Shown: positions 39,920 through 50,624, counted from the first letter of the stretch. The stretch is DNA of 64,000 nt from a bacterium (GCA_965218795.1 OZ244653.1:1888001-1952000); one strand, 5' to 3'. A program made the numbers and translations. The notes: generated by a model from the letters alone, not told the origin.

Positions 39920-40475
39920 ATGGCTTTTCTCCTAGTAGGTGGATGATGACGTTTTTCGGGGTCTTTTGTCGCAAGGAGGGGGTTACACCGTTCATCTTTG
40001 CCGAGGTCTTGACAGCATAGGATTTCGCTTTTCTTTCTTCATCCCCTCTTAGACATATTACCACAATATCAATTGTCAAGAAGTTTTTTTCTTTTTTCTT
40101 GAAAGGCTTCCTTCTCAGTCTGAGTCTGATTCATGATCTCCCCTTGGTTTTAGGGTGTGATAACTACCTAGATCCGTATCCGCTTCATCACCAATGAACG
40201 CTCCTTCCCACTGAAAGCAGTCCCACAAGAAGAATACAAACAGGACTGCCGGCTCCGAATCATCCCTTCAACGTCGAAATCGAGCATAACATAATCCTCG
40301 CCCTGCCCTCCAGAAGTCCGTACAAAGAATAATCTCTACCCACCTCAACGGCTCCCGTTCAAGTCTGCAATTCTGATTGCACGCAGGTTATCCCCATCAG
40401 CAGACCAAGGCTTTCATTCTCCGAATACATATTGAAAAAGCTGTTCATGAGCATGATTCTTTTCTATCTTTCGGC

Positions 40476-41300
40476 CTAAAGGGGCGGAACGGTCGCCTTG
40501 ATAGAGACAGGCATATTTTGAAAGGTTTCTACAAATCCCGTTGTGTTTGTCACGATGGCCTCGAAAATTTTCTCCCCCTTCTCCACTGATGCAAGGGTAG
40601 CCGCTCCGCCAACTCCCGGCACACTTCGGTTCTGCCCGTATTCCTCCATTGTCGGAGGAAAAGAGAGCTTGGGATTTTCGACTCGATTGACGGCGTGGTC
40701 CACAGACACGAACCGGTGTTCGAAATCGCCCACCTCGGGAATTGCGTCCACCGCACGCTCCATCTTGACCTGCTCACCATACTTGTAAAGCATAAAAGAG
40801 GTCTCGGATTCACACCCGTGGCCTATTCCTCCCGGGGGACTCTCGCACACGGCACGAATCTCTCTCCCGGCGACAAGCGCCAGGTCCACGATGGCAACGG
40901 CCGCACCCGTCTGATTCCTGACCCGCACGACTGCAATCTCCAACGGGGGGAGATTCGCGACCCGATGTCCATTGAGGATCACGATATGTTTGAAACCATG
41001 AATGACAAGGCTGTTACATACGTCCTCGACAACACGCGTCAACGTCTCCGCGGCGAGCGATATCGTTCCCGGAAACGCGAGATGATGAGGCGACCACCCG
41101 AACCACAGGGGAGAGGCAATCAAGGCGTCCGCTCGCTCGGCCACCTCCTCGGCGGTCGCGATGGCCTCGGCCGCATCCGTTCCGATTGGGCAATGAGGCC
41201 CATGTTGCTCTGTGGCGCCGACGGGTACGAGCACCGTATCCCCATCCTCGAGGTATTCTTCTACGTCCGGCCAGGTCAGTTCCTGTATCCAACGACTCAT
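40476..41300 (-). CDS. Creatininase family amidohydrolase
   Basis: PVGATEQHGPH, GTD, SPHH, NGH, GHGCESETS. Confidence 0.92.
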   Translation of the reverse strand: MSRWIQELTWPDVEEYLEDGDTVLVPVGATEQHGPHCPIGTDAAEAIATAEEVAERADALIASPLWFGWSPHHLAFPGTISLAAETLTRVVEDVCNSLVIHGFKHIVILNGHRVANLPPLEIAVVRVRNQTGAAVAIVDLALVAGREIRAVCESPPGGIGHGCESETSFMLYKYGEQVKMERAVDAIPEVGDFEHRFVSVDHAVNRVENPKLSFPPTMEEYGQNRSVPGVGGAATLASVEKGEKIFEAIVTNTTGFVETFQNMPVSIKATVPPL

Positions 41301-41336
41301 GAATTCTTTCTCCTCATTTGCCCGACGACCCGATGG

Positions 41337-41804
41337 CTACGATTTGGGCTCCACCCACCTCGGCCAACTTCGCCGGAGGGCCTCGCATTCGGCCACCTGA
41401 ATGCCCGTGATGAGCTTGATGGTTCGATTCGTTATGCCCAAGAGCTTCTCAACTGAATAGTCTCCATAGTCGGTTCGCCCCATTTCAGCATGGCGCGCCC
41501 CCAAAACGACCGTTCCAATGCCTGCCTCGATGATCGCCCAGCAGCACATCGGGCAGGGTTCCATCGCAGTATAGAGCGTCGCCCCGGACAGGTCGGGAGA
41601 ACCCAATGCTCGACATGCGTTTCGAATGGCGTCGGTCTCACCATGACAGGTGGGATCAGCGTCAGAGTTGACGCGGTTTTGTCCCCTGCCGATCACTGCT
41701 CCATTTCTGACGATGACTGAGCCGACGGGAACGTTCCCCGATTCGAGCGCAAGACGTGATTCCTCGATCGCCAACCCCATGAAATGATTATGCTCTTCTG
41801 ACAT
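41337..41804 (-). CDS. Zn-dependent nucleoside/nucleobase deaminase
   Basis: DPTCHGE and EPCPMC; ATG 41804 after GGAGG. Confidence 0.9.
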   Translation of the reverse strand: MSEEHNHFMGLAIEESRLALESGNVPVGSVIVRNGAVIGRGQNRVNSDADPTCHGETDAIRNACRALGSPDLSGATLYTAMEPCPMCCWAIIEAGIGTVVLGARHAEMGRTDYGDYSVEKLLGITNRTIKLITGIQVAECEALRRSWPRWVEPKS

Positions 41805-42070
41805 TGAAGTTCCTCCATGCCTGCGGCGCAATGAAAAAACGCGACGTCTGGGAGCGCGCGCCCGTGGAATGGCAATGGACGCTTACTTGATGCTCACTCG
41901 AATCAGGATACCTGCCCGGAAATTCAGGCGCCGTTCCCGACCTTTGTGCAAGTCCCATGAGACTTGGGGGTATTTTCCCATCGATCAGCCTTTGATGCTA
42001 ATGAGCGCCATTCAAATCATCTTGACTCTGAAAGATGTTTCGCTTGACATGAGCTGAAAGTAGCCTTAAA

Positions 42071-42098
42071 ATAATTTTTAGTCATATCAAATAATATA
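42071..42098. promoter_or_regulatory. AT-rich imperfect palindrome, candidate DtxR/MntR operator
   Basis: ATAATTTTTAGTCATATCAAATAATAT immediately upstream of the regulator in GC-rich DNA. Confidence 0.35.
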
Positions 42099-42107
42099 TT
42101 TTAGGAA

Positions 42108-42770
42108 ATGGAGCGTATGCTTTCGAAACAGTTGGAAAACTATTTGAAGACTATCTGGGCCCTGGAAAAAGAGCACGGCTCAGTGACCACGAAACTCCTG
42201 GCCCAATATCGGGAAGTCTCCCCAGCCTCTGTAACGAGCATGCTGAAGAAGCTGAATGGAATGAAGCTCATCGATTATCAGCCCTATCGGGGAGCCAAAT
42301 TGACCCCGCGGGGGGAAAAGGTCGCATTGGAGGTTCTACGGCATCACAGGATCATCGAGCTTTATCTCTCCGAGGTTGTGGGGCTCCCATTGGATCGCGT
42401 GCATGCTGAAGCGGAGGAACTGGAACACGCGCTCTCCGAGGAGTTGGAAGCGGTTCTCTTTGAAAGGCTGGGTCAACCAACACGCGACCCCCATGGGGAT
42501 CCGATTCCCTCCCTGAATGGTGAAATGGTCACTGATGGGATCCGGCTGCTGGAGGCAAATGCGGGGGAATCTCTGGTTGTGGTCCGGATTAGAGACCGAA
42601 ATCCCCAGATTCTCAAATATCTCACAACGTTGGGGCTCCGCCCCGGCGTAGAAATTACAATCCTGGAAAAGCTCCCATTCAACGGCCCCGTCCGGATACT
42701 GATCGCAGACGTGGAGCGCACGCTTGGACAGGAGGTGTCCAAGGAGGTCTTTGTCTCGTCCTTTGAATGA
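42108..42770 (+). CDS. DtxR/MntR family metal-dependent repressor with FeoA-like C-terminal domain
   Basis: ENYLKTI, SPASVTSM, RHHRIIE, HAEAEELEH, DPHGDPIP. Confidence 0.93.
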   Translation: MERMLSKQLENYLKTIWALEKEHGSVTTKLLAQYREVSPASVTSMLKKLNGMKLIDYQPYRGAKLTPRGEKVALEVLRHHRIIELYLSEVVGLPLDRVHAEAEELEHALSEELEAVLFERLGQPTRDPHGDPIPSLNGEMVTDGIRLLEANAGESLVVVRIRDRNPQILKYLTTLGLRPGVEITILEKLPFNGPVRILIADVERTLGQEVSKEVFVSSFE

Positions 42771-42871
42771 TAAATGCGCTGAAGCCGGAGAGACAAGAAT
42801 TCACAGATATCCACCATCCCGATGTCTGGTGGGCTGAACCGCTGATGTCGCATAGGGAGCACAGGTGAAGC

Positions 42872-44833
42872 ATGAAGGCGCGAGGAAACCAGAACCCCAG
42901 ATTCAGGCGATTCCGGATAGGGGCGCTTGCCGCTGGTCTTGGTCTTCTCCTGGCGGGAGTGACCCTCCCCGGGATGAAACCCGCACGCGGCCATGTCGTC
43001 CCTCCAGAAAAACTCCACCCGGCGGCCGAGAGTTACCGTCGCGCCGCGTTTTTGATGAATCTGAATCCCGTCGTTTGGGGCCAAGTATGGGGCGACATGC
43101 AAATCATCACCAAATCCATCGAGCGGGTCGACCCCGAAGCTGGGAAGAAGTTTCGCGAGGAGATCCAGGCCGCCCGCAAAATCGCAGAGCCTGCCCCGCA
43201 GGACGGAGAGGACCCTGATTGGGTCTCCGCACGCGAAAACGGACGGCGCGCCGTTTTCACGTCAACGACCCGAAGCGTGTCCGGCCTGATTGTTCGTCTC
43301 ATTGAACGAATTACGCCGGGATCCGGACGCCGAACCGTCGAGGGCAATTTGCGTGAAGCACGAAAAGTGGCCCGGGCTTTTGCCGACACCCTTCCTTACC
43401 TCGACCCGCAGGCATGGCGGGAAATGCAGGTGAGCTGGCTGGAAGCCAGCACGAGACTGGGGACGCCCGGCGTCCTCAAGGTCGGGGCCCGCGCGATGGA
43501 CGTCGAGGGCATCCGCGCCGCCTTATCCCCAATTGTGGAATACATGACCCGGAATTTTTCAAATTTCACCGCCGGCCCGGAGCGGCGGCTGGCGCCAAGA
43601 CCGCTGGCCAGCCCCTCCTACGATAAGCAGGCTAAAATCCCCGTGCGGCTTCCCCCCGGGGCCAACATCAACAAGCAGCTCCCCCGCCCCCGGCAGATTC
43701 TGGGGATGGCCGAACGGGGGGTGGACGAGAGAGAAACCACGATGATCGCGCTGGGCGACATGGCATTTGACAGCCCTCGGATCCTCGGGGAACCCGCCAA
43801 GAGCTTGGGGATCAGTTGCAATACCTGTCACAACAAGGGCGTCACCAATCCGCGGTTCTTCATTCCGGGCATTTCCAGCCGAGCCGGAGGCGTGGACGTC
43901 TCGAATTCGTTTTTTGCCGGACACGCCAACAACGGCGTATTCGATCCCGTAGACATCCCGGACCTGCGCGGCATCCGTTTCACGGCGCCCTTTACCCGGA
44001 ACGGCCGATTCCCGACCCTGCGGGAGTTCACGCGAAACGCCATCGTCAACGAGTTCAACGGCCCAGAACCGGATCCCATGATCCTGGACGCAATGATCGC
44101 GTACATGAACGAGTTTGAGTTCCTCCCCAATCCTCTGTTGAACAAGGACGGAACGCTCAACGGGAAAAGGGCCTCGCCCGCCGCTCTGTGGGGGGAAAAA
44201 ATCTTCCGCCGACCCTTTCCGCAGATGATGGGGGGAAAGAGCTGCGCCAGTTGCCATATTCCGTCCGCCCTTTTCATTGACCACAAACAGCACAACATCG
44301 GAAGCGTAAAAGGCGGATACCATAAGCACTCGCACGACGGCGCCTTGGATACGCCGACGCTGCTCTCCGCGAAATTCACAGCGCCCTATTTCCATGACGG
44401 GAGCCTGCCGACGCTCCGCGCCGTGAACGAGTGGTTCAACCGAAAATTCCGACTCGACCTGTCTCGGAAGGAATTGGCCGACCTGACGGCCTATGTGGAA
44501 GCCGTTTCCGACGGCGTGGAGGCACGAGAGGATTCGGTATTCACGCTGAAGCCTGAAATGGAAGAGTTTCAATTCTTCCTTTCGACCTATGATTTTCTGA
44601 AACAGAGGAAGAAGAAAGAACTGATCACCATTCTGCTGCGCACCGTGGCGGACGAGGTCCAGGCGCACAAATGGGACGTTCAGCAAAAGGAGATGCTGCC
44701 GACTTTGAACCGGATGGAAGGTCTCCTTCGCGAGGCCCTGGCGGCGCATCAAGCCGGGAAGATCGATGAAACCGAAGCCAAGCTGGCGGCATATCATGGA
44801 ATGTATGAGGAAAACGTCGAACAACTCAAATAA
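42872..44833 (+). CDS. Secreted di-heme cytochrome c (CCP/MauG superfamily) with extra N- and C-terminal domains
   Basis: Signal peptide; CNTCH (43817-43831) and CASCH (44243-44257); TPTL..., TAPYFHDGS. Confidence 0.82.
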   Translation: MKARGNQNPRFRRFRIGALAAGLGLLLAGVTLPGMKPARGHVVPPEKLHPAAESYRRAAFLMNLNPVVWGQVWGDMQIITKSIERVDPEAGKKFREEIQAARKIAEPAPQDGEDPDWVSARENGRRAVFTSTTRSVSGLIVRLIERITPGSGRRTVEGNLREARKVARAFADTLPYLDPQAWREMQVSWLEASTRLGTPGVLKVGARAMDVEGIRAALSPIVEYMTRNFSNFTAGPERRLAPRPLASPSYDKQAKIPVRLPPGANINKQLPRPRQILGMAERGVDERETTMIALGDMAFDSPRILGEPAKSLGISCNTCHNKGVTNPRFFIPGISSRAGGVDVSNSFFAGHANNGVFDPVDIPDLRGIRFTAPFTRNGRFPTLREFTRNAIVNEFNGPEPDPMILDAMIAYMNEFEFLPNPLLNKDGTLNGKRASPAALWGEKIFRRPFPQMMGGKSCASCHIPSALFIDHKQHNIGSVKGGYHKHSHDGALDTPTLLSAKFTAPYFHDGSLPTLRAVNEWFNRKFRLDLSRKELADLTAYVEAVSDGVEAREDSVFTLKPEMEEFQFFLSTYDFLKQRKKKELITILLRTVADEVQAHKWDVQQKEMLPTLNRMEGLLREALAAHQAGKIDETEAKLAAYHGMYEENVEQLK

Positions 44834-44884
44834 CGGAGCCACCCGACCGACAACGGGGAGGCGACCGCTCCAGCGGATGAGGGC

Positions 44885-45847
44885 GTGTCAGTGGCCCGGA
44901 TGATGGAACGGCCGGTCAGGAGAATCAAGATGGTTCAATTGGCAGGAGGCACCGCGCGTCGGAGAAGATGGGTGGCGATGGGCCTATCCGCCCTGTTCCT
45001 GTTCGCAATGGCGATGGCGGGACCCCCGGCGGAAGGCGCCGAGAAAGGAAAGCCGCCTCTTCGAATCGCCTTCATACCCTTTGAAAATCCGGAGCAGTTG
45101 ATCGACAACGTCCGGCCGGCCATTGTGTTCCTCGAAAAAGAGATGGGCCAAAAGATCAAGCACTTCATCACGATGAATTACTCAGCGGCCGTCGAGGCCC
45201 TCACCGCAGGGCGGGCGGACATCAGCTTCATGTCGCCATTGCCCTACGTGCTTGCCCACAACCAAACCGGCGCGAAGGCCATCCTGGGGGAGATCTACAA
45301 CGGAAAGTCCTATTACCACTCCAAGATCTTCGTCAGAAAAGACAGCGGTATTAAGAGGTTGGCCGATCTCAAGGGGAAAACCATTGCCTATGTGGACCCG
45401 CTCTCCAGTTCCGGCTTCATGTATCCTCACGACGCATTCGTGCGGGCGGGTCTCGTCAAAGGCGGTCTGGACCGGCCGGAGGGCGGCTTCTTCCGGCGCG
45501 TCTACTACGCCGGGGGCGATGAGCAGGCCATCCGTTCGGTTCATGGTCGGTTTGTCGATGCCGGGGGAATCGGGGAGTTTGCGCTGAACCTTCTCCGGCA
45601 GGATGAGCGCGACGACATCAAAGCGATCGGGCAATCCATCCGGATTCCCAGTCACGTCGTGGTCGCCCGAAAGGGCTTGAACCCCGTCCTCAAGAAAACA
45701 TTCATCGATGCCATGGTGAAGCTCAACGACCCCAAGCATCGACAAATCGTTCAGTCCCTGTACGGAACGGACGGATACGTCTGCGTAAGCCATGAAGACT
45801 ATCGGTCGGTGGAAAAGCTGGCGCGCAAATACGGGTTTCTGAAATGA
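44885..45847 (+). CDS. PhnD/PtxB-like ABC substrate-binding protein (exact start uncertain)
   Basis: LRIAFIP, NYSAAVEAL, LADLKGK, VDPLSSSGFMYP. Confidence 0.88.
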   Translation: MSVARMMERPVRRIKMVQLAGGTARRRRWVAMGLSALFLFAMAMAGPPAEGAEKGKPPLRIAFIPFENPEQLIDNVRPAIVFLEKEMGQKIKHFITMNYSAAVEALTAGRADISFMSPLPYVLAHNQTGAKAILGEIYNGKSYYHSKIFVRKDSGIKRLADLKGKTIAYVDPLSSSGFMYPHDAFVRAGLVKGGLDRPEGGFFRRVYYAGGDEQAIRSVHGRFVDAGGIGEFALNLLRQDERDDIKAIGQSIRIPSHVVVARKGLNPVLKKTFIDAMVKLNDPKHRQIVQSLYGTDGYVCVSHEDYRSVEKLARKYGFLK

Positions 45848-46692
45848 CCCCCTCCGAAGCCATCATTCACATCCGGGATTTGACGGTCGAGGCGGGAGGC
45901 CGGCGCGTCCTGTCCATTGACCGGCTCGAACTCGTCAGCGGCGAACGGGTGGCCATCATCGGGAACAGCGGAGCCGGGAAGACCACCCTGCTCCGCATGA
46001 TTAAGGGATACGTCCAGCCGACCCGCGGGAGCGTTCACGTGTTGGGAGAGTCGCTTCCCATCCGTGACGGAGCAAAACGGCGCTCCTATCATCGGCAGAT
46101 CGGCATGATCCACCAGCAGTTCGACCTGATTGGCCGTGAATCCGTATGGCAAAACGTTTGCCACGGCAGACTCGGGTACGTCTCACTTCTCCGCAGCATC
46201 TTCGGCCTCTTAGAGCGCGCCGATCGGGAACGCTGCAGAGCGGCCATCGAAGAAGTTCACCTCGATGACAAGCTGGATCGCCAGGCGCGCTCCCTCTCCG
46301 GCGGGGAGATGCAGCGCGTGGCCATCGCTCGCGCGTTGGCTCAGAACCCGACTATCCTTCTTGCGGATGAGCCGGTATCGAGCCTCGATCCAACGCTGGC
46401 GGAGGAGATTCTTTCCCTCCTCGTGACGATTGACGCGAGACACCCCCTGACCCTTCTGATGAGCCTCCATCATCCGGGGCTGGCGAATCGGTACGCCGAA
46501 CGGATTCTAGCCCTTAAAGATGGGATCATTATCTGGGACGGCCCCTCAACCGAATTGTCTGAATCAAAGGTCAATGAGATATATGGAAGAGATTGGACCC
46601 GCGGAGCCCGAAATGGTCAACCGGAAGAAGAGGAGCGGAAGTTCCCCGATTGGTCAGGCGGTTCTCAGGGGTTTGCCGTGGCTGGCAGCTAG
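45844..46692 (+). CDS. PhnC-like ABC ATP-binding protein
   Basis: GNSGAGKT, LSGGEMQRVAIARAL, LADEPVSSLDP. Confidence 0.9.
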   Translation: MTPSEAIIHIRDLTVEAGGRRVLSIDRLELVSGERVAIIGNSGAGKTTLLRMIKGYVQPTRGSVHVLGESLPIRDGAKRRSYHRQIGMIHQQFDLIGRESVWQNVCHGRLGYVSLLRSIFGLLERADRERCRAAIEEVHLDDKLDRQARSLSGGEMQRVAIARALAQNPTILLADEPVSSLDPTLAEEILSLLVTIDARHPLTLLMSLHHPGLANRYAERILALKDGIIIWDGPSTELSESKVNEIYGRDWTRGARNGQPEEEERKFPDWSGGSQGFAVAGS

Positions 46693-47404
46693 CGGGATCA
46701 TTGTCTGGTCCCTCTATGGATCAGAATTTTCCGGAAGTCTTTTCTGGAAGGGCATCCCGCAGATCCTTCGATTTTTCGGCCGGATGCTCCCGCCGAACTG
46801 GTCGGTGTGGGACGTCCTGCTCCGCGCGTCGGTCGAAACACTCCAGACGACCATCGCGGGAACCTTCCTGGGGGTCGCCTTCGCCTATCCGCTGGGTCTG
46901 CTGGCCGCCTCCAACTGGACGCCTGGTTGGGTTTATCTCCCCCTCAAGGGTTTCCTAGCGTTTATCCGGTCCATTCCCCTTCTGCTATTGGCGCTGCTGT
47001 TCGTATCGGCGGTCGGACTGGGACCTTTTCCCGGGATGCTGGCGCTCGCAGTCCATTCGGTGGGGGTGCTGGCGCGGTTCGTGGCCGAGGAGATCGAAGC
47101 CACCAATCCGAAACCAATACTGGCTCTTCAAGGCACCGGAGCGTCCCCGCTGCAGATCATTCAGCACGGCCTGATCCCGCAGGTCCTCCCGCAGATGGTC
47201 GCACATCTGGCCATTCGGTTCGAGATGAACCTGCGGGACTCGACCATTCTGGGTCTGGTAGGTGCAGGGGGACTGGGCTTTTATGTCTTTCTGTACGTCA
47301 AACAGTTCCAGTGGCAGAAGGCGGGTGTCCTCTGTCTGGCCATCATTATTCTGGTCATCGCAGGCGAATTCGTCAGCTGGCAGGTTAGAAAAAGACTCAT
47401 CTAA
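46613..47404 (+). CDS. PhnE-like ABC permease
   Basis: ETLQ...GT, RSIP, FEMNLRDSTILGLVGAGGLG; ATG 46613 after GGAG. Confidence 0.9.
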   Translation: MVNRKKRSGSSPIGQAVLRGLPWLAASGIIVWSLYGSEFSGSLFWKGIPQILRFFGRMLPPNWSVWDVLLRASVETLQTTIAGTFLGVAFAYPLGLLAASNWTPGWVYLPLKGFLAFIRSIPLLLLALLFVSAVGLGPFPGMLALAVHSVGVLARFVAEEIEATNPKPILALQGTGASPLQIIQHGLIPQVLPQMVAHLAIRFEMNLRDSTILGLVGAGGLGFYVFLYVKQFQWQKAGVLCLAIIILVIAGEFVSWQVRKRLI

Positions 47405-47433
47405 CGATATGAGAGGGGGCCCCTGGACTCCGG

Positions 47434-48231
47434 CTACATGTGGAGACCGCCGTTCACACCCAGAACGATCCCCGTTATGTAATCGGAATCGGGCGAACAT
47501 AAGAAATACACGGCTTGGGCCACATCTTCAGGCTCGCCCTGACGGCCCAGGGGGATGCCTCGCAGGACCTTTTCAATGATCTCGGGCGGGAGGCCCGCGG
47601 CATCCCCCCCCTTTTTCTCCGCGGTCATGCGGGTCTTGATAAATCCGGGCGCAACACAATTGACGTTGATTCGGAATCGGGCCCATTCCCGGGCCACTGT
47701 TTTCGTGAGGGATATGATTCCGCCTTTTGCGGACGAGTAATTGGCCTGTCCCGGATTTCCCGTCTCTGCGACGACGGAAGTGAGGCTGACGATTTTTCGG
47801 TGGTGTGTCTCTCCCGCCTCCAGCTCCCGCTTCGCAACGTCCCGCATCCACGGAGAGGATGAGCGAATCATATGAAAACTGCCCGTGAGATGTACGTCGA
47901 GAACCGACTGCCAGGTGGGATCGTCCATTTTATGGATGAGGGCGTCTCTCAGGTTCCCCGCATTGTTAATCAGAATATCCAGGCCACCGTAGGTCTCGGC
48001 CGCGGTCCGGACAATACTCCCCGCCCCCACCGGATTCGAAACGTCGCCCGCGCAAGCCAATGCCTCCCCCCCGGTACGGCGGATTTCTTCTGCGACCTCC
48101 TCGGCGGGATCCGGATCCAAATCGTTCACGATCACAGCCGCTCCGCCCTCGGCAAGGCGCAAAGCGATGGCACGACCGATGCCCCGTCCCGCGCCCGTCA
48201 CGAGGGCGCGCCGGTGTTCGAGATCACTCAT
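47434..48231 (-). CDS. SDR oxidoreductase, FabG-like
   Basis: TGAGRGIG, NNAG, YSSAK. Confidence 0.92.
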   Translation of the reverse strand: MSDLEHRRALVTGAGRGIGRAIALRLAEGGAAVIVNDLDPDPAEEVAEEIRRTGGEALACAGDVSNPVGAGSIVRTAAETYGGLDILINNAGNLRDALIHKMDDPTWQSVLDVHLTGSFHMIRSSSPWMRDVAKRELEAGETHHRKIVSLTSVVAETGNPGQANYSSAKGGIISLTKTVAREWARFRINVNCVAPGFIKTRMTAEKKGGDAAGLPPEIIEKVLRGIPLGRQGEPEDVAQAVYFLCSPDSDYITGIVLGVNGGLHM

Positions 48232-48459
48232 GAGTATTCCCCTCTAACGAATCAACCTCCCAGTATCGGGAAAGCCTGTCTTCCCGACGCTGCGTTCCCG
48301 GGAGGATTTCCATCGGCCCGTCATCTTCTTTCATCCTGATTCCTATACCGGCCTCAAGTCAATGCCACAATTTCACCTGACGCGACCGAGTCGTCCTCCC
48401 AGAGATTAGGCAGGTTGGAGACGAGGGTGAAAGCATCAGATCACGCCACAGAGAGAAAT

Positions 48460-48990
48460 CATCTTTGAAAAGATCCTTCCAAGGGATAATCATCGGTGCA
48501 GGAATCGGTTGTGTGACCGGTGTGATGGAGACGTACCTGATTCTCTTGGTGGCCCTGCCTTCGTGCGCAGACCTACACACACGACATGGAGCGTTCTTCA
48601 CATCATCCTGACGGCCATGATCCTGAACGCTGCCGGATGTTCGTGAGGGTCAAACCTCATACGGACAGAATCCAGCTGAGCCTCTATGCCGTCGTTTTCG
48701 CCCGGATCCTGCTGTCTGGATACGTGTTTCTCCTTTTCATCACGGTGAATTCCGGGATTGTCCGACTCATTGGCGAACCTCTCCTTTTTACTGGTTGCAA
48801 TCGTTCTCATATGGTTCTTCCTGAGGCAATCTCCTTCCGCCGGGGGAAATGCTCCATCATTGAGCCCAGGTCTGGGAGCGGCAATCGTGGCCGCGGCATT
48901 CACGGGAACGCTGAGTCTGGCGGACGTTCACGCCGCGCTATCGCAATCAGGTCTTCCATCCAGCCGACCCCTCCGTTTTCCGAGCACCCC
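48460..48990 (+). pseudogene. Possible decayed membrane-protein gene
   Basis: Hydrophobic stretches spread over three + frames (GIIIGAGIG, LLSGYVFLLF, FLLVAIVLIWFF). Confidence 0.3.
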
Positions 48991-49175
48991 ACATTATTCT
49001 GATCCTGGTCGATACCCTCCGCGCAACTGCGTAGCATGATTGCTCAATATGATTGAATTTTCCGAGCGGTCCGAATCGGTTTAGAATGACTTGACGAGAC
49101 CAGCGGTGATCCTTGATCTACACATTTGGCCCTCTCACCGAATACCTTCCCCTGCCCGAGAACAGGAGATCAAGC

Positions 49176-50624
49176 ATGGCTTATCGCGACATCCGTGAAC
49201 ATTTGGCTGCGCTGGAATCCAAGGGGAAATTGAGGCGCATCCAGAAATACGTCGATCACACCTGGGAGCTGGCGTGCCTGGCGCGTTGGATGTTTCAGGC
49301 ATTGCCCGATGAGGAGAGATTCGGGCTCCTCTTCGAGCGGGTTCAGGGATTCAATACGCCCGTCATGACAGGCGTATTGGGAGCCTCCCGCTCGACCTAT
49401 GCGACCGCGCTCGAAGTCGAGCCGGACGAGGTCAACGAGAAATGGGTCGAGGCGCTTCGCCATCCGATGACTCCCGTGGAAGTCGAATCCGCTCCCTGTC
49501 AAGAGGTTGTTCTTGAGGGGGATGCCGTCGACCTGAGCGCCTTTCCCATCCCCATCTGGACTCCCGGAAAAGACGTCGCGCCTTACGTGACGACCATCGT
49601 CATCAGCCGGGATGACGATACAGGCGTCCAAAACGCAGCGACCTACCGAACGATGGTCAAGAACACGCAAGAGATGGTCATCAATCTCACTCCCGGGCGT
49701 CACGGGACGCTCTGCTACGAGTCCTACGTCAACAAGGGCAAGCCGGCGCCGTTCGCTTGGGTCATCGGCGCGGAACCCGCGGCCCATTTGGCTGCCGTGT
49801 GCAACGTCCCATACGGGAGGGACGAGCTCTCCATTGCCGGAGGGTTGAAGGGGTCGCCGCTGGAAGTCGTCAAGGCGAGAACATCGGAACTCCTGGTTCC
49901 CGCGAACGCCGAAATGATCATCGAAGGGGAATTGCGGCCGCAGGAAACGTCTGAAGAAGGGACGTTCGGAGAGTTTGCCGGGTATATGGGCCCAGTCGCC
50001 CAGAAACCGATGGTTCACGTCAAGGCCATCACCCACCGCAAAGACCCGATGTATTACGGTTACATCAGCCAGCTTCCCCCGAGCGAGAGCACCGTCATCC
50101 AGAGCATGAGCAATGCGGGCCTTCTGGTGAAAATGCTTCGTCACGATCTGGGTCACAACACGGTCAAGGACGCTTACATCGACCTGACCTACGGCGGCCT
50201 CCTGTCGCACGGCATCATCTCGATGCGGCCGCTCTATCCGGCCCACGCCAAGCGGGTCGGGCGTCTCATCGCCGAGGCCACCTTGCTGAAGCGGATCACC
50301 GTTGTCGATGAGGACATCGATATCCGGGACCCGATGCACCTGGATTGGGCCATGAACTCCCGATTCAACGCCCAGCGGGATACCATCATCATCGACGACG
50401 TATATACGCCCGCCGTGCTGGATCCGACCGTCCGCATCCGGGACGGAGAGCCCGAGATGAGCAGCAAGCTGATCCTCGATGCCACCGAAAAAGAGGACGC
50501 CGGAGACATCTCTCTCCCGCACAAAGACATAATGATGAAGGCTCTCGACGTGTGGAATGAAATCGGGCTTCCCGAATTCAAGATCCCCAAACGCGTCCAG
50601 GCGTTCCTGGACCGCTATCCATAG
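49176..50624 (+). CDS. UbiD family prFMN-dependent (de)carboxylase
   Basis: MAYRDIREHL, NAATYR, EGTFGEFAGY, VDEDID; ATG 49176 after AGGAG. Confidence 0.93.
   Translation: MAYRDIREHLAALESKGKLRRIQKYVDHTWELACLARWMFQALPDEERFGLLFERVQGFNTPVMTGVLGASRSTYATALEVEPDEVNEKWVEALRHPMTPVEVESAPCQEVVLEGDAVDLSAFPIPIWTPGKDVAPYVTTIVISRDDDTGVQNAATYRTMVKNTQEMVINLTPGRHGTLCYESYVNKGKPAPFAWVIGAEPAAHLAAVCNVPYGRDELSIAGGLKGSPLEVVKARTSELLVPANAEMIIEGELRPQETSEEGTFGEFAGYMGPVAQKPMVHVKAITHRKDPMYYGYISQLPPSESTVIQSMSNAGLLVKMLRHDLGHNTVKDAYIDLTYGGLLSHGIISMRPLYPAHAKRVGRLIAEATLLKRITVVDEDIDIRDPMHLDWAMNSRFNAQRDTIIIDDVYTPAVLDPTVRIRDGEPEMSSKLILDATEKEDAGDISLPHKDIMMKALDVWNEIGLPEFKIPKRVQAFLDRYP

Noticed and set aside
44885-47404. Naming as phnCDE or ptxABC
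   Set aside because: No phosphonate/phosphite catabolic genes, and binding-pocket motifs differ
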